The position numbers and the translations under genes were made by a program. The notes under the pieces were generated by a model that made no database searches, had not been told where the DNA came from, and saw only the letters and a program-made list of their open reading frames with translations. Shown here piece after piece: positions 32,425-44,374 of a DNA stretch of 64,000 bases. The stretch lies in assembly GCF_003018255.1 (NCBI RefSeq), contig NZ_CP027440.1. The stretch is one strand, 5' to 3'. This DNA comes from Escherichia coli (GTDB lineage Bacteria; Pseudomonadota; Gammaproteobacteria; Enterobacterales; Enterobacteriaceae). Positions within the stretch are counted from its first letter, which is position 1. The number at the start of each line of letters is the position of its first letter.

Positions 32425-33008
32425 ATTGATAACCTTTCTTTATCCTCTTTTAAAACATCTTTTTAACGTCAATGATGCCATTGCTTAGCGTTATCATCAG
32501 GTAATCCGTTTGCGGATAACCAAAAATGCAGGTTAATTGTTTTTTTAATAGCGAAATTTTCTATTCATTCGTGATCAAGATCACGATGCTGTGGCAATGT
32601 AAAAACATTGCAAGAACTAGGTTAAAATCATTTAAATTTACACACGCAACAAATATTGACCTACAAAACATTACACTGGCTATTTTTCAGAAACTGGACT
32701 ATCTCACTAGGAAAAACGCTAAATAGCAGAACATATCGCCGTTAAGCCATCATCCCCCTCTCAGGGTAGTGAAAAAATCTGCCGTTACGTTTTTTGAAAA
32801 ATTTAACGCTGGATAACATTTCCCGGAATGGTTGAATTCCCCGCCTCAGTTATATGTAACAGATTATTACAAAGGACTTGTCTGAAAATGCAAGATAGTG
32901 AACATTACCTGCCGTTTCCCCTCCCACTATAACAATTGCGCGTATGTTTTTTAGGCATAACGCGAGAAAGCACCCCCGTTAATATGGGATGTAAAAAAAG
33001 AGGTAAAA

Positions 33009-34511
33009 GTGTCCACTGCAAACCAAAAACCAACTGAAAGCGTCAGTTTGAACGCTTTCAAACAACCGAAGGCGTTCTATCTCATCTTCTCGATTGAGTT
33101 ATGGGAACGTTTTGGTTATTACGGCCTACAAGGAATTATGGCTGTTTACCTGGTTAAACAACTGGGTATGTCTGAAGCGGATTCAATCACCCTTTTCTCT
33201 TCCTTTAGTGCCCTGGTTTATGGTCTGGTCGCTATCGGCGGCTGGTTAGGTGACAAGGTACTGGGTACTAAACGCGTAATTATGCTTGGCGCTATTGTGC
33301 TGGCGATTGGTTATGCTCTGGTTGCCTGGTCTGGTCACGACGCCGGTATCGTTTATATGGGTATGGCGGCTATTGCGGTCGGTAACGGCCTGTTTAAAGC
33401 TAACCCGTCTTCTCTGCTTTCTACATGCTATGAGAAAAACGACCCGCGTCTGGACGGTGCATTCACCATGTACTACATGTCCGTCAACATCGGCTCTTTC
33501 TTCTCTATGATCGCCACCCCGTGGCTGGCCGCGAAATACGGCTGGAGTGTTGCGTTTGCGTTGAGCGTTGTAGGCCTGCTGATCACTATCGTTAACTTCG
33601 CCTTCTGCCAACGCTGGGTTAAACAGTACGGTTCAAAACCAGACTTCGAGCCTATCAACTACCGTAACCTGCTGCTGACCATTATTGGTGTTGTGGCACT
33701 GATCGCTATCGCCACCTGGCTGCTGCACAATCAGGAAGTTGCGCGTATGGCGCTGGGCGTTGTTGCCTTCGGTATTGTGGTTATCTTCGGTAAAGAAGCT
33801 TTCGCGATGAAAGGTGCTGCGCGTCGTAAAATGATCGTTGCCTTCATCCTGATGCTCGAAGCAATCATCTTCTTCGTGCTGTACAGCCAGATGCCAACGT
33901 CACTGAACTTCTTTGCGATTCGTAACGTTGAACACACCATTCTGGGCCTGGCCGTAGAACCTGAGCAGTATCAGGCACTGAACCCGTTCTGGATCATCAT
34001 TGGTAGCCCGATTCTGGCCGCTATCTATAACAAGATGGGCGATACCCTGCCGATGCCAACTAAGTTTGCAATCGGTATGGTGATGTGTTCTGGTGCGTTC
34101 CTGATTCTGCCGCTGGGTGCAAAATTCGCGTCTGACGCAGGTATCGTGTCTGTAAGCTGGCTGGTCGCAAGCTATGGCCTGCAGAGTATCGGGGAACTTA
34201 TGATCTCTGGTCTGGGTCTGGCAATGGTTGCACAACTCGTTCCGCAGCGTCTGATGGGCTTCATTATGGGTAGCTGGTTCCTGACCACTGCCGGTGCAAA
34301 CCTGATTGGTGGTTATGTTGCGGGTATGATGGCTGTGCCGGATAACGTTACCGATCCACTGATGTCACTGGAAGTCTATGGTCGCGTATTCTTGCAGATT
34401 GGTGTCGCTACTGCCGTTATTGCAGTACTGATGCTGCTGACCGCGCCGAAACTGCACCGCATGACGCAGGATGACGCTGCAGACAAAGCGGCGAAAGCAG
34501 CCGTAGCGTAA
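33009..34511 (+). CDS. dtpA: proton-dependent di/tripeptide permease (POT family), GTG start
   Basis: 500 aa; POT/PTR2 motifs; recognised DtpA (TppB/YdgR). Confidence 0.92.
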
Positions 34512-34532
34512 AATTCAGGGAAACTCTTTTAC

Positions 34533-34568
34533 AAGCCGCTAACTTTTCGTTAGCGGCTTTTTTTTTTG
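34533..34568 (+). terminator. strong rho-independent terminator after dtpA
   Basis: AAGCCGCTAA-CTTTTCG-TTAGCGGCTT stem followed by about 10 T. Confidence 0.85.
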
Positions 34569-34617
34569 TTCAGCAACGCACTACCATACTTTAAACCACA
34601 GACAAAAGGAGTTACCG

Positions 34618-35223
34618 ATGAAATTGTTCTACAAACCGGGTGCCTGCTCTCTCGCTTCCCATATCACCCTGCGTGAGAGCGGAAAGGATTTTACGCTCGT
34701 CAGTGTGGATTTAATGAAAAAACGTCTCGAAAACGGTGACGATTACTTTGCCGTTAACCCTAAGGGACAGGTACCTGCATTGCTGCTGGACGATGGTACT
34801 TTGCTGACGGAAGGCGTAGCGATTATGCAGTATCTTGCCGACAGCGTCCCCGACCGCCAGTTGCTGGCACCGGTAAACAGTATTTCCCGCTATAAAACCA
34901 TCGAATGGCTGAATTACATCGCCACCGAGCTGCATAAAGGTTTCACACCTCTGTTTCGCCCTGATACACCGGAAGAGTACAAATCGACAGTTCGCGCGCA
35001 GCTGGAGAAGAAGCTGCAATATGTGAACGAGGCACTGAAGGATGAGCACTGGATCTGCGGGCAACGATTTACAATTGCTGATGCCTATCTGTTTACGGTT
35101 CTGCGCTGGGCATACGCGGTGAAACTGAATCTGGAAGGGTTAGAGCACATTGCGGCATTTATGCAACGTATGGCTGAACGTCCGGAAGTACAAGACGCGC
35201 TGTCAGCGGAAGGCTTAAAGTAA
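34618..35223 (+). CDS. gstA: glutathione S-transferase
   Basis: 201 aa; recognised GstA. Confidence 0.92.
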   Translation: MKLFYKPGACSLASHITLRESGKDFTLVSVDLMKKRLENGDDYFAVNPKGQVPALLLDDGTLLTEGVAIMQYLADSVPDRQLLAPVNSISRYKTIEWLNYIATELHKGFTPLFRPDTPEEYKSTVRAQLEKKLQYVNEALKDEHWICGQRFTIADAYLFTVLRWAYAVKLNLEGLEHIAAFMQRMAERPEVQDALSAEGLK

Positions 35224-35231
35224 TAGCCATC

Positions 35232-35253
35232 GGCCCACAGGTCGTTGTGGGCC
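35232..35253. other. GC-rich hairpin between convergent gstA and pdxY
   Basis: GGCCCACA-GGTCGT-TGTGGGCC 8-bp stem; no adjacent U-tract on either strand. Confidence 0.35.
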
Positions 35254-35266
35254 GAAATGAGATATT

Positions 35267-36130
35267 TCAGAGCTTTGTTGCGCTGAAATAATGTTCTGGT
35301 TTGGCAATACGATCCTGAGCAGCAACCACTTGCAGCTCATATTCCTGCATTGCTTTGGTGGTCACCATGATTTCGTATACTGCAGCGGTCACATGTTCCA
35401 GAGCCTCCTGCAGCGTTGCCCCCTGAAGCAGTTTCACCAGCAGTAAACCGCTCGTCACATCACCAACACCTACCGGCTGGCGCATACCAAAATCCACCAG
35501 CGGACGGCTGATATGCCAGGCTTCATCGGCGGTAACCAGCAGCATTTCAAAACGGTCACGGCTGTAGCCAGCCCGCGCCAGGTGTTTAACCAACACAATT
35601 TGTGGCCCTTGCGCAATGAGTTCACGCGCTGCCAGAACCGCTTCTTCGACGTTATTTACCGCATGCTCACAGAGTATTTCCAGCTCAACCAGATTCGGCG
35701 CAATGATATCGCTGGCAGGCAAACCGTGCCGCACATGAAACTCTGCGACACCCGGTGCAACGATACAGCCTTTTTCCGGATGACCCATTACCGGATCGCA
35801 AAAATATTTCGCCTGCGGATTCGCTGCTTTCACCTGACGAACGATACCGAGAATATGTTCACCCTGCTCCGCCGAACCCAGATAGCCACTTAATACGGCA
35901 TCACAGGTGTGTAATTTATCAATGGCGGCAATGCCTTGCACAATTTCGGTTAAATGGCTGGGCGGCATCACGCAGCCAGTCCATTTGCCGTATTGAGTGT
36001 GATTAGAAAATTGAACGGTGTTCAGCGGCCAGACGTTCGCGCCCAGGCGGCGCATCGGAAACTCTGCCGCACTGTTACCCGCATGACCATAAACAACGTG
36101 AGACTGGATAGCGAGAATATTTTTCATCAT
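35267..36130 (-). CDS. pdxY: pyridoxal kinase 2
   Basis: 287 aa ribokinase-fold; immediately downstream of tyrS. Confidence 0.9.
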   Translation of the reverse strand: MMKNILAIQSHVVYGHAGNSAAEFPMRRLGANVWPLNTVQFSNHTQYGKWTGCVMPPSHLTEIVQGIAAIDKLHTCDAVLSGYLGSAEQGEHILGIVRQVKAANPQAKYFCDPVMGHPEKGCIVAPGVAEFHVRHGLPASDIIAPNLVELEILCEHAVNNVEEAVLAARELIAQGPQIVLVKHLARAGYSRDRFEMLLVTADEAWHISRPLVDFGMRQPVGVGDVTSGLLLVKLLQGATLQEALEHVTAAVYEIMVTTKAMQEYELQVVAAQDRIAKPEHYFSATKL

Positions 36131-36188
36131 GTTCCCTGTATAAAAACCAGGGGGAGTGATTTCTCACTCCCCCTTTCCACTTAATGCA

Positions 36189-37463
36189 TTATTTCCAGCA
36201 AATCAGACAGTAATTCTTTTTGCCGCGACGCAATAAGGTAAAACGACCAAACAGACGATCTTCTTCTTTAAAGAAGTATTCAGGATCGGACTGTTTTTCA
36301 CCGTTAATGGTGATGGCATTGGAGGCGATAGTTTTACGCGCCTGACCACGGGAAGGTTGCAGTTCAGAATCGACCAGCGCCTGCATCAGGTCTGCGCCCT
36401 TCTCCATCTCAACCATCGGTACGCCGTCCTGCGCCAGCTGTTCGAAGTCCGCTTCACTCAGCGCACTCAAGGAACCGCTGAACAGGCATTCGGTAATACG
36501 TTTTGCCGCCTGCAAACCGTCTTCACCATGCACCAGACGTGTCACCTGTTCTGCAAGCACATACTGGGCGCGCGGTGCTTTACCGCTGTTTTTATCTTCT
36601 TCTTCCAGGGCGTTGATCTCTTCAATGCTCATGAAGGTGAAGAACTTCAGGAAGCGGTAAACGTCGGCATCCGCAGTGTTGATCCAGAACTGGTAGAATT
36701 TGTACGGGCTGGTTTTCTTCGGATCCAACCAGACTGCGCCGCCTTCAGTTTTACCAAATTTGGTGCCGTCTGCTTTGGTGATCAGCGGAACGGTCAAGCC
36801 AAACACCTGATTCTGATGCAGACGACGGGTCAGGTCGATACCAGAAGTGATGTTACCCCACTGGTCAGAACCACCGATTTGCAGCACCACACCGTACTGT
36901 TTGTTCAGACAGGCGAAGTCATAACCCTGCAACAGGTTGTAGGAAAACTCAGTGAACGAAATCCCCTGATCTTCACGGTTGAGACGCTGCTTAACCGCTT
37001 CTTTGTTGATCATCTGGTTAACGGAGAAGTGTTTGCCAATATCGCGCAGGAAGGTCAGCACATTCATATTGCCGAACCAGTCATAGTTGTTCGCCGCGAT
37101 AGCAGAGTTTTCTCCACAGTCGAAATCGAGGAACGGGGCAACCTGCTTGCGGATTTTGTCCACCCACTCCTGAACAGTTTCTTCAGTGTTCAGCTTACGC
37201 TCGGCAGCTTTGAAGCTCGGGTCGCCAATCAGACCCGTCGCGCCGCCTACCAGCGCAACCGGCTTGTGGCCCGCCTGCTGGAAGCGTTTCAGGCATAACA
37301 ATGGAACAAGATGCCCCAAATGCAAGCTGTCAGCGGTAGGATCGAAGCCGCAATAGAGCGCGATCGGGCCTTGCGCCAGTCGCTCTGCTAACGCTTCCTC
37401 GTCCGTCACCTGGGCTACCAGCCCCCGCTCTTGCAATTGTTTAATCAAGTTACTGCTTGCCAT
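36189..37463 (-). CDS. tyrS: tyrosyl-tRNA synthetase, 424 aa from ATG at 37463
   Basis: ORF 36189..37475; class I HIGH (HLGH) and KMSKS-type (KFGKT) motifs. Confidence 0.95.
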
Positions 37464-37591
37464 CAAAATCTCCATGTATATAACGACTGCACCTTTGCCG
37501 GTACACGACTTTTCGCCAGATGCGAAAGAGACATAGAATAAAGTGCCAGAATCAGGAGTACCAGCGATTAAAGCAAGATTTTTGCATCTTT

Positions 37592-38248
37592 TCAGGGTGC
37601 AAGACGATCAATCTTCCACGCATCATTTTCACGCTGGTACAAAAAGCGGTCATGCAGGCGATGCTCACCGCCCTGCCAGAACTCAATCTGTTCAAGGCTG
37701 ACGCGAAAACCGCCCCAAAAACTCGGCAATGGCACTTCGCCCTGTTGAAACTTCTGCTTCAGCTCCAGGAATTTACTTTCAAGGATACCGCGGGCAGAAA
37801 TGCGACTGGACTGCTTCGAAACCCATGCACCAATCTGGCTATCACGTGGGCGACTATGAAAATATTTCATCACTTCGAGAGTCGAAAGTCGTTCCGCTTT
37901 ACCGATCACCATCACCTGGCGCTCAAGGGTATGCCACGGGAACAGCAGGCTAACGCGCGGATTATTTTCGATTTGATGTGCTTTACGGCTGCCGAGGTTG
38001 GTGTAAAACACCATGCCTTTTTCGTCGTAATGTTTGAGTAAAACGATGCGCTGATAAGGCTGACCATGTTCATCCACGGTAGCGACCACCATCGCGGTAG
38101 GGTCCGCCAGTTTGGCTTCACACGCCTGAGAGAGCCAGCGTTCAAAAAGGGTTAATGGATCGGCGGGAAGATCGCGGCGGCGTAATCCGCCTTTGGTGTA
38201 TTCACGGCGCAGATGCGCGATTTGCTGCAATTCGTCGTTATCAGACAT
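37592..38248 (-). CDS. pdxH: pyridoxine/pyridoxamine 5'-phosphate oxidase
   Basis: 218 aa; recognised PdxH; upstream of tyrS. Confidence 0.93.
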
Positions 38249-38306
38249 GGTTTTCTTTACGGATTGTCAGTGGGTGACGCTATTGTGCGCCGCCCCTGGA
38301 AAAATC

Positions 38307-38636
38307 TCAACGCTGTGGATTTTGTAACTGACAGTTATTCAAGACGATGCGGTCGCGTTTATAGACAGTCGCTTCCTCGCCTTTCGACCAGAAAACATAG
38401 ATCCCGTCGGTGTAACGTGCACCAGACGCAGAAATGCCCTGTTTGAGATGCAGTAGTTGATTATCGTAAACAAAACTGACTTCCTGGCGCGGATTATTCA
38501 GTTTGACCGTCAACGGTTTTTCATCACACTGGTATTCCAGCGTATCGGTTTGCATGCGCTCAAACAGTTGATTGAACGCGCTACAGTCGGTGAGAAGGAC
38601 CGGCAAACAGATCAGTAACAGTTTTTTCATAGACAT
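38307..38636 (-). CDS. mliC: membrane-bound lysozyme inhibitor of C-type lysozyme (lipoprotein)
   Basis: 109 aa; lipoprotein signal with lipobox LTDC. Confidence 0.85.
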   Translation of the reverse strand: MSMKKLLLICLPVLLTDCSAFNQLFERMQTDTLEYQCDEKPLTVKLNNPRQEVSFVYDNQLLHLKQGISASGARYTDGIYVFWSKGEEATVYKRDRIVLNNCQLQNPQR

Positions 38637-38733
38637 ATCCCGAAGACTTTCCTGGTCTGGAGGGCAATACGCCCTCCCTAACGTTCCAAGTGTAACGGCA
38701 GACGCGGTAAGAAAAATTCAGTTAACTCTGATA

Positions 38734-39843
38734 TCACGGGTTAGCGGGGAAAATAGCCCCGAGTACCGTCTCCTGGCTTGCGCCAGTGACGGAAGGCAGA
38801 TTTCCTGGTAATCCCGCAAGCGTCCGCCAGGCAAGCCAGGCGAAAGCCAATGCTTCCATGTCATCGCCACTAATGCCAACGGCATCAGTGGTGGTGACTT
38901 CTGTGCCTGGCAGTAATGCCGCCAGACGCGCCATGAGTAGCGGATTACGACTTCCTCCACCACATACCATCAATCGTTCACAGCCACCGCTCAACAAAAC
39001 TTGTTCAGAAATGGTCACGGCGGTGAGTTCTGCCAGTGTGGCCTGCACATCACGGGGATCAACACCCGGAAAATGGCGCAAATGGCGCTCCAGCCAGCCG
39101 TAGTTAAAGTATTCGCGTCCGGTGCTTTTCGGTGCGGGTTGCGAGAAATACGGGTCGCTGAGCATATTTTGCAGCAGTGGGAGAATAACTTTACCCGCCC
39201 GTGCCCACTCGGCATCTTTATCGTAAGGTTTACCGGCCTGACGCCAGATCCAGGCATCCATCAGCATGTTACCAGGACCGGTATCGTAGCCCCCAACCGG
39301 CTGCCCAGGAATGAGCAGTGACAGATTGGCGATGCCGCCAATATTGAGCACCATTCGTCGCTCGGTTGGGTGAGCCAGCAGCGCATGATGGAACGCAGGT
39401 ACCAGCGGTGCGCCTTGTCCTCCCAAGGCAATATCGCGACGGCGAAAATCACCGACAACCGTAATTCCGGTGCGTGCCACAATTTGATTGTTATCGCCAA
39501 TCTGTAAAGTGTGTGGTGCCACGCCCGTCGGTTCATGCCAGACGGTTTGACCGTGACAGCCGATCGCAACGATATCTCTCGCCTGCAGGTTTTGTTCCTT
39601 AAGCAAGGCATTGACCGCATCAGCAAAAAGTCGCCCGAGTTGAGTATCAAGCTGTCCAAACTGAGAAAGTGTAAGCTGCTGGCCCTGGCAAATATCCAGT
39701 ACAGCCTGTTTCAGAGACACCGGGATCGGCCAGCTCAAACTTGCCAGCTGTGCGACCCGGTGTTCATCAATTGTCGCCAACACAACATCAACACCATCAA
39801 GGCTGGTGCCTGACATAACGCCAATAAAGCGGCCCGATTTCAT
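38734..39843 (-). CDS. anmK: anhydro-N-acetylmuramic acid kinase
   Basis: 369 aa; recognised AnmK (YdhH). Confidence 0.9.
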
Positions 39844-39976
39844 AGTTCATCCTTTTTCAATCTGACGTTTGCGCACCACTCAAACATAAACTTTTCGTGA
39901 ATACCATGCGGAATGACCGATTTTTACCGTTGGTAGTAAAACATTATCTTCAAATCAATAATCATCATGAATGTTT

Positions 39977-39993
39977 TGTTTATAATTGGTTGA
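39977..39993 (+). promoter_or_regulatory. candidate PhoP box upstream of slyB
   Basis: TGTTTA-TAATT-GGTTGA, direct repeat with 5-bp spacer about 125 bp upstream of slyB ATG. Confidence 0.4.
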
Positions 39994-40116
39994 TCCTACT
40001 TTCATTATGATTTGCTCATATTTGGTAGAACATGTAACCATGGATTCACATATGCCATATACTTTGACCATGAGGGATGCTTGCGTGGCGTTTCATGGTG
40101 AACAGGAGATTTTTCA

Positions 40117-40584
40117 ATGATTAAACGCGTATTGGTTGTTTCAATGGTAGGTCTGTCTCTTGTCGGTTGTGTTAATAACGACACCCTGTCAGGGGATGTT
40201 TATACCGCTTCTGAAGCGAAACAAGTACAGAATGTCAGCTATGGCACCATCGTTAACGTACGTCCGGTACAGATTCAGGGCGGTGATGATTCCAACGTTA
40301 TCGGCGCAATTGGCGGTGCTGTTCTTGGTGGTTTCCTGGGGAATACTGTTGGTGGCGGAACCGGGCGTTCTCTGGCTACTGCTGCAGGCGCTGTTGCAGG
40401 TGGCGTAGCCGGTCAGGGCGTACAGAGTGCAATGAACAAAACGCAGGGTGTCGAGCTGGAAATTCGTAAAGACGATGGTAATACCATCATGGTGGTACAG
40501 AAACAAGGCAACACTCGTTTCTCTCCGGGCCAACGTGTCGTACTGGCCAGCAATGGCAGTCAGGTGACCGTTTCCCCGCGCTAA
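40117..40584 (+). CDS. slyB: outer membrane lipoprotein SlyB (glycine-zipper)
   Basis: 155 aa; lipobox LVGC; Gly-rich GxxxG repeats. Confidence 0.92.
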   Translation: MIKRVLVVSMVGLSLVGCVNNDTLSGDVYTASEAKQVQNVSYGTIVNVRPVQIQGGDDSNVIGAIGGAVLGGFLGNTVGGGTGRSLATAAGAVAGGVAGQGVQSAMNKTQGVELEIRKDDGNTIMVVQKQGNTRFSPGQRVVLASNGSQVTVSPR

Positions 40585-40592
40585 ATAAGTTT

Positions 40593-40620
40593 GCGTGTGG
40601 TCAGGTTACTGACCACACGC
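40593..40620. terminator. bidirectional terminator hairpin between slyB and slyA
   Basis: GCGTGTGGTCAG-GTTA-CTGACCACACGC perfect 12-bp stem. Confidence 0.6.
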
Positions 40621-40630
40621 CCCCTTCATT

Positions 40631-41071
40631 TCACCCTTTGGCCTGTAACTCAATGATATTATGCTCAAGTTTTGCGATGAGCTTAATCAGTTGTTCCAGT
40701 TCCTCTGCGGAGATGCCATGTAAAATTTCCGCGCGGGTTTTGTTAATAACAGCTTCCATTTCGCTGATCAGCGGCTCTGCCTTTTCCGTCAGTTTAATAC
40801 GTTTAGCCCGACGATCGCTGGCACAAGTTTGACGCGAAATTAACCCTTTTTCTTCCAGTTGGTCCAGAGTACGGACCAGTGATGGCTGCTCGATGCCAAT
40901 CGCTTTTGCCAGTTGAATTTGCGACTGGTCTGGAGGTAACTGATGGATATTGTGTAACGTAACCCAATGGGTTTGTGTTAACTCCAGCGGTTTCAGGCGA
41001 TGGTCTATCAGAGCACGCCATATGCGCACCAACCGTGCCAGATCAGAACCTAGTGGCGATTCCAATTTCAT
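40631..41071 (-). CDS. slyA: MarR-family transcriptional regulator SlyA
   Basis: ATG-initiated ORF of 146 aa; the commonly annotated 144-aa form would start at TTG 41065. Confidence 0.92.
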
Positions 41072-41081
41072 CTCCTTATAA

Positions 41082-41093
41082 TTAGCTTGCTAA
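41082..41093. promoter_or_regulatory. SlyA binding site in the slyA leader
   Basis: Minus-strand TTAGCAAGCTAA, matching the SlyA consensus as I recall it; just upstream of the slyA SD (AAGGAG). Confidence 0.6.
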
Positions 41094-41265
41094 GATATTA
41101 TGCGGCTTTTAGAATAGTGTGCAGCAATTGTATTGCTAAAACAAATGTATTGCTGCATTTGGTTACCGTCAGACATATTTTTCAGAAATTGCGCGTAAAT
41201 TTTTCGCACTTAAAGAATATTTATTAATCTAACGCAATATATTCGGTCGTAAAGGAATCTACTTT

Positions 41266-41502
41266 GTGAAGTTTATGCTCAATGCAACAGGATTGCCCTT
41301 ACAAGATCTGGTGTTCGGTGCGTCCGTCTACTTTCCTCCGTTTTTCAAAGCCTTCGCGTTTGGATTCGTCATCTGGCTTGTCGTACACCGCCTGCTTCGT
41401 GGCTGGATCTACGCCGGTGACATCTGGCATCCCTTGTTAATGGATTTATCGCTGTTTGCGATTTGCGTTTGCCTTTCCCTGGCAATACTGATTGCGTGGT
41501 AA
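41266..41502 (+). CDS. ydhI: small inner membrane protein (DUF1656), GTG start
   Basis: 78 aa, two predicted TM segments; first gene of ydhIJK, divergent from slyA. Confidence 0.8.
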   Translation: MKFMLNATGLPLQDLVFGASVYFPPFFKAFAFGFVIWLVVHRLLRGWIYAGDIWHPLLMDLSLFAICVCLSLAILIAW

Positions 41503-41504
41503 CT

Positions 41505-42362
41505 ATGTCAATTAAAACAATTAAGTATTTCTCAACAATCATTGTAGCGGTAGTTGCGGTTCTTGCCGGATGGTGGCTGTGGAATTATTACATGCAATCT
41601 CCGTGGACACGCGACGGGAAAATACGCGCAGAACAGGTTTCTATCACCCCTCAGGTGTCGGGACGTATTGTTGAGCTGAATATAAAAGACAACCAACTGG
41701 TTAACGCGGGGGATCTTCTGCTCACGATCGATAAAACGCCCTTTCAGATCGCCGAGCTGAACGCACAGGCTCAGTTGGCGAAAGCGCAATCTGACCTCGC
41801 AAAAGCCAATAACGAAGCGAATCGTCGTCGTCATCTCTCACAAAATTTTATTTCTGCCGAAGAACTCGATACCGCTAACCTCAATGTTAAAGCGATGCAG
41901 GCCAGTGTTGATGCCGCACAGGCGACGCTGAAACAGGCACAATGGCAACTGGCGCAAACGGAAATTCGCGCCCCGGTGAGTGGATGGGTGACTAACCTCA
42001 CTACCCGCATCGGCGATTACGCTGACACCGGGAAACCGCTGTTTGCCCTTGTCGACAGCCACTCGTTTTACGTCATTGGTTATTTTGAAGAAACCAAGTT
42101 GCGCCATATCCGCGAAGGTGCACCAGCACAAATTACCCTCTATAGTGATAACAAAACGTTACAGGGTCACGTTTCCAGTATCGGTCGGGCGATTTATGAT
42201 CAGAGCGTTGAAAGTGACTCAAACCTTATTCCGGATGTGAAACCTAACGTCCCCTGGGTTCGCCTCGCCCAACGAGTTCCCGTCCGCTTTGCGCTGGATA
42301 AAGTCCCAGGCGATGTCACGCTGGTGTCGGGCACCACCTGTAGTATTGCCGTAGGTCAATAA
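41505..42362 (+). CDS. ydhJ: HlyD-family membrane fusion protein, 285 aa from ATG at 41505
   Basis: ORF 41463..42362; N-terminal TM then coiled-coil periplasmic adaptor. Confidence 0.85.
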   Translation: MSIKTIKYFSTIIVAVVAVLAGWWLWNYYMQSPWTRDGKIRAEQVSITPQVSGRIVELNIKDNQLVNAGDLLLTIDKTPFQIAELNAQAQLAKAQSDLAKANNEANRRRHLSQNFISAEELDTANLNVKAMQASVDAAQATLKQAQWQLAQTEIRAPVSGWVTNLTTRIGDYADTGKPLFALVDSHSFYVIGYFEETKLRHIREGAPAQITLYSDNKTLQGHVSSIGRAIYDQSVESDSNLIPDVKPNVPWVRLAQRVPVRFALDKVPGDVTLVSGTTCSIAVGQ

Positions 42363-44374
42363 TGAACGCATCGTCATGGTCCTTGCGCAATTTGCCCTGG
42401 TTCAGGGCCACGCTGGCGCAATGGCGTTATGCGTTACGCAATACCATTGCCATGTGTCTGGCGCTGACGGTTGCCTATTATTTAAATCTGGATGAACCCT
42501 ATTGGGCGATGACCTCGGCTGCCGTGGTTAGCTTTCCCACCGTTGGAGGTGTCATCAGCAAAAGCCTCGGACGCATCGCTGGCAGTTTGCTCGGAGCCAT
42601 TGCGGCACTGCTTCTTGCCGGACATACGCTCAATGAGCCGTGGTTTTTTCTTTTGAGCATGGCGGCGTGGCTTGGCTTTTGTACCTGGGCCTGTGCGCAC
42701 TTCACGAATAATGTCGCGTATGCATTTCAACTGGCGGGCTACACAGCTGCCATCATCGCCTTTCCGATGGTTAATATTACTGAGGCCAGCCAGCTGTGGG
42801 ATATCGCTCAGGCGCGCGTTTGCGAGGTGATTGTCGGTATTTTGTGCGGCGGCATGATGATGATGATCCTGCCGAGCAGTTCCGATGCTACAGCCCTTTT
42901 AACCGCATTGAAAAACATGCACGCCCGATTACTGGAACATGCCAGTTTACTCTGGCAGCCTGAAACAACCGATGCCATTCGTGCAGCACATGAGGGGGTG
43001 ATTGGACAGATACTGACCATGAATTTGCTCCGTATCCAGGCTTTCTGGAGCCACTATCGTTTTCGCCAGCAAAACGCACGCCTTAATGCGCTGCTCCACC
43101 AGCAATTACGTATGACCAGTGTCATCTCCAGCCTGCGACGTATGTTGCTCAACTGGCCCTCACCGCCATGTGCCACACGAGAAATTCTCGAACAGCTGCT
43201 GACGGCGCTCGCCAGTTCGCAAACAGATGTTTACACCGTCGCACGTATTATCGCCCCGCTACGCCCGACCAACGTCGCCGACTATCGGCACGTCGCCTTC
43301 TGGCAGCGACTACGTTATTTTTGCCGCCTTTATCTGCAAAGTAGTCAGGAATTACAACATCTGCAAAGCGGTGTGGATGATCATACCAGACTTCCACGGA
43401 CATCCGGCCTGGCTCGTCATACCGATAACGCCGAAGCTATGTGGAGCGGACTGCGTACATTTTGTACGTTGATGATGATTGGCGCATGGAGTATTGCTTC
43501 GCAATGGGATGCCGGTTCCAATGCATTAACGCTGGCAGCAATTAGCTGCGTACTCTACTCCGCCGTCGCAGCACCGTTTAAGTCGTTGTCACTGCTGATG
43601 CGCACGCTGGTGTTACTTTCGCTATTCAGCTTTGTGGTCAAATTTGGCCTGATGGTCCAGATTAGCGATCTGTGGCAATTTTTACTGTTTCTCTTTCCAC
43701 TGCTGGCGACGATGCAGCTTCTTAAATTGCAGATGCCCAAATTTGCCGCATTGTGGGGGCAACTGATTGTTTTTATGGGTTCGTTTATCGCTGTCACTAA
43801 TCCCCCGGTGTATGATTTTGCTGATTTTCTTAACGATAATCTGGCAAAAATCGTTGGCGTTGCGCTGGCGTGGTTAGCGTTCGCCATTTTGCGTCCAGGG
43901 TCGGATGCTCGTAAAAGCCGTCGTCATATTCGCGCGCTGCGCCGGGATTTTGTCGATCAACTTAGCCGCCATCCAACACTGAGTGAAAGCGAATTTGAAT
44001 CGCTCACTTATCATCACGTCAGTCAGTTGAGTAACAGCCAGGATGCGCTGGCTCGCCGTTGGTTATTACGCTGGGGTGTAGTGCTGCTGAACTGTTCTCA
44101 TGTTGTCTGGCAATTGCGCGACTGGGAATCGCGTTCCGATCCGTTATCGCGAGTACGGGATAACTGTATTTCACTGTTGCGGGGAGTGATGAGTGAGCGT
44201 GGCGTTCAGCAAAAATCACTGGCGGCCACACTTGAAGAATTACAGCGGATTTGCGACAGCCTTGCTCGTCATCATCAACCTGCCGCCCGAGAGCTGGCGG
44301 CAATTGTCTGGCGGCTGTACTGCTCGCTTTCGCAACTTGAGCAAGCACCGCCGCAAGGTACGCTGGCTTCTTAA
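42362..44374 (+). CDS. ydhK: FUSC/AaeB-family putative efflux membrane protein
   Basis: 670 aa with two multi-TM blocks; 1-nt overlap with ydhJ. Confidence 0.85.
   Translation: MNASSWSLRNLPWFRATLAQWRYALRNTIAMCLALTVAYYLNLDEPYWAMTSAAVVSFPTVGGVISKSLGRIAGSLLGAIAALLLAGHTLNEPWFFLLSMAAWLGFCTWACAHFTNNVAYAFQLAGYTAAIIAFPMVNITEASQLWDIAQARVCEVIVGILCGGMMMMILPSSSDATALLTALKNMHARLLEHASLLWQPETTDAIRAAHEGVIGQILTMNLLRIQAFWSHYRFRQQNARLNALLHQQLRMTSVISSLRRMLLNWPSPPCATREILEQLLTALASSQTDVYTVARIIAPLRPTNVADYRHVAFWQRLRYFCRLYLQSSQELQHLQSGVDDHTRLPRTSGLARHTDNAEAMWSGLRTFCTLMMIGAWSIASQWDAGSNALTLAAISCVLYSAVAAPFKSLSLLMRTLVLLSLFSFVVKFGLMVQISDLWQFLLFLFPLLATMQLLKLQMPKFAALWGQLIVFMGSFIAVTNPPVYDFADFLNDNLAKIVGVALAWLAFAILRPGSDARKSRRHIRALRRDFVDQLSRHPTLSESEFESLTYHHVSQLSNSQDALARRWLLRWGVVLLNCSHVVWQLRDWESRSDPLSRVRDNCISLLRGVMSERGVQQKSLAATLEELQRICDSLARHHQPAARELAAIVWRLYCSLSQLEQAPPQGTLAS

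Noticed and set aside
32526-32726. 66-aa ORF in the nth-dtpA intergenic region
   Set aside because: AT-rich, no convincing ribosome binding site, low-complexity product; more likely non-coding promoter/leader DNA. Kept as a low-priority check in the findings.
36357-37298. 313-aa plus-strand ORF
   Set aside because: Entirely antisense to tyrS, which has clear aminoacyl-tRNA synthetase motifs; typical shadow ORF in a GC-balanced coding region.
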